DNA of 33,194 nt from Clostridia bacterium (GTDB lineage Bacteria; Bacillota; Clostridia; Christensenellales; CAG-1252), in NCBI GenBank assembly GCA_009928745.1, contig SACC01000001.1, forward strand, positions 1-33,194, written 5' to 3'. A program made the position numbers and the translations under genes. The notes beneath the pieces were generated by a model. That model saw only the letters and a list, made by a program, of their open reading frames with translations. It did not search any database and was not told where the DNA came from. Shown piece after piece: positions 33,186 through 33,194 of the stretch; position 1 is the stretch's first letter; each line of letters starts with the position of its first letter.

Positions 33186-33194
33186 ATTACGCTT

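Noticed and set aside
3126-33185. Giant ORF as an NRPS/PKS megasynthase, an RHS/YD or RTX toxin, an FhaB-type two-partner-secretion adhesin, or an Ebh-like FIVAR/GA repeat protein
   Set aside because: Reading the translation, I found no adenylation, condensation, carrier-protein or ketosynthase core motifs. I also found no YD or GGxGxD repeat series, no TPS domain at the visible N-terminus, and no near-identical tandem repeat units. This is by eye only, and a profile search is needed to make it definitive.
3126-33185. Giant ORF as an assembly artefact from collapsed or concatenated repeats
   Set aside because: I saw no long exact or near-exact nucleotide repeats, and the protein-level modules are highly diverged. 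A mis-join would be very unlikely to preserve one frame for 30 kb. This still deserves read-level verification.
1-33194. Search for CRISPR arrays, tRNA or rRNA genes, IS elements, integrases, inverted terminal repeats and toxin-antitoxin-sized gene pairs
   Set aside because: None were found. The only non-coding DNA is two short spacers (1154-1261 and 3077-3125). Neither has repeat-spacer structure or cloverleaf-like potential.

Overview
All three genes I can support lie on the minus strand. No database or structure search was possible, so every family assignment comes from motif recognition by eye. Amino-acid and nucleotide sub-coordinates inside the giant ORF are hand-derived and approximate.

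**Gene layout**
- **Giant ORF (3126..33185).** One uninterrupted ORF of 10,019 codons covers 30,060 of the 33,194 nt. Its frame is still open at the right-hand window edge, so the true start may lie outside the window.
- **49-nt spacer.** It holds a 13-bp hairpin that is fully paired only in minus-strand RNA. The hairpin overlaps the only Shine-Dalgarno-like purine run ahead of the next gene.
- **604-aa partner gene (1262..3076).** It encodes a membrane-anchored surface protein with one MBG (YGX-type) domain, three YDG domains, a TM helix and a Listeria-Bacteroides repeat. A G11 homopolymer sits at its 5' end.
- **108-nt spacer.** It carries a sigma-A-like promoter only 9 nt from the next start codon.
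- **FAD-dependent oxidoreductase (1..1153).** This is the 5' 384 codons of a GlpA/LhgO-like flavoprotein with a BON-like N-terminal extension. It is missing from the ORF track because it runs off the window.

**Giant protein architecture**
- At least ten highly diverged copies of a ~300-aa beta-rich module that I cannot assign to any family. Each copy has a Y-x-D-L-S...LG signature followed by an acidic or Pro/Ala linker.
- A ~1,840-aa predicted all-alpha block splits this array 6 + 4.
- Next comes a junction with hydrophobic segments and three prealbumin/CarboxypepD_reg-like domains.
- About 3,000 aa of Ig-like beta-sandwich repeats follow.
- The C-terminus has no recognisable anchor.

The main candidate for something new is the giant ORF together with its possibly phase-variable, possibly translationally coupled partner gene.

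**Not seen:** rRNA, tRNA, CRISPR array, transposase or integrase, or long nucleotide-level repeats.

**Likely host:** an AT-rich Bacillota-like genome. This is inferred from the domain types, the clostridial-type flavoprotein and the GGAGG-type ribosome-binding sequences.
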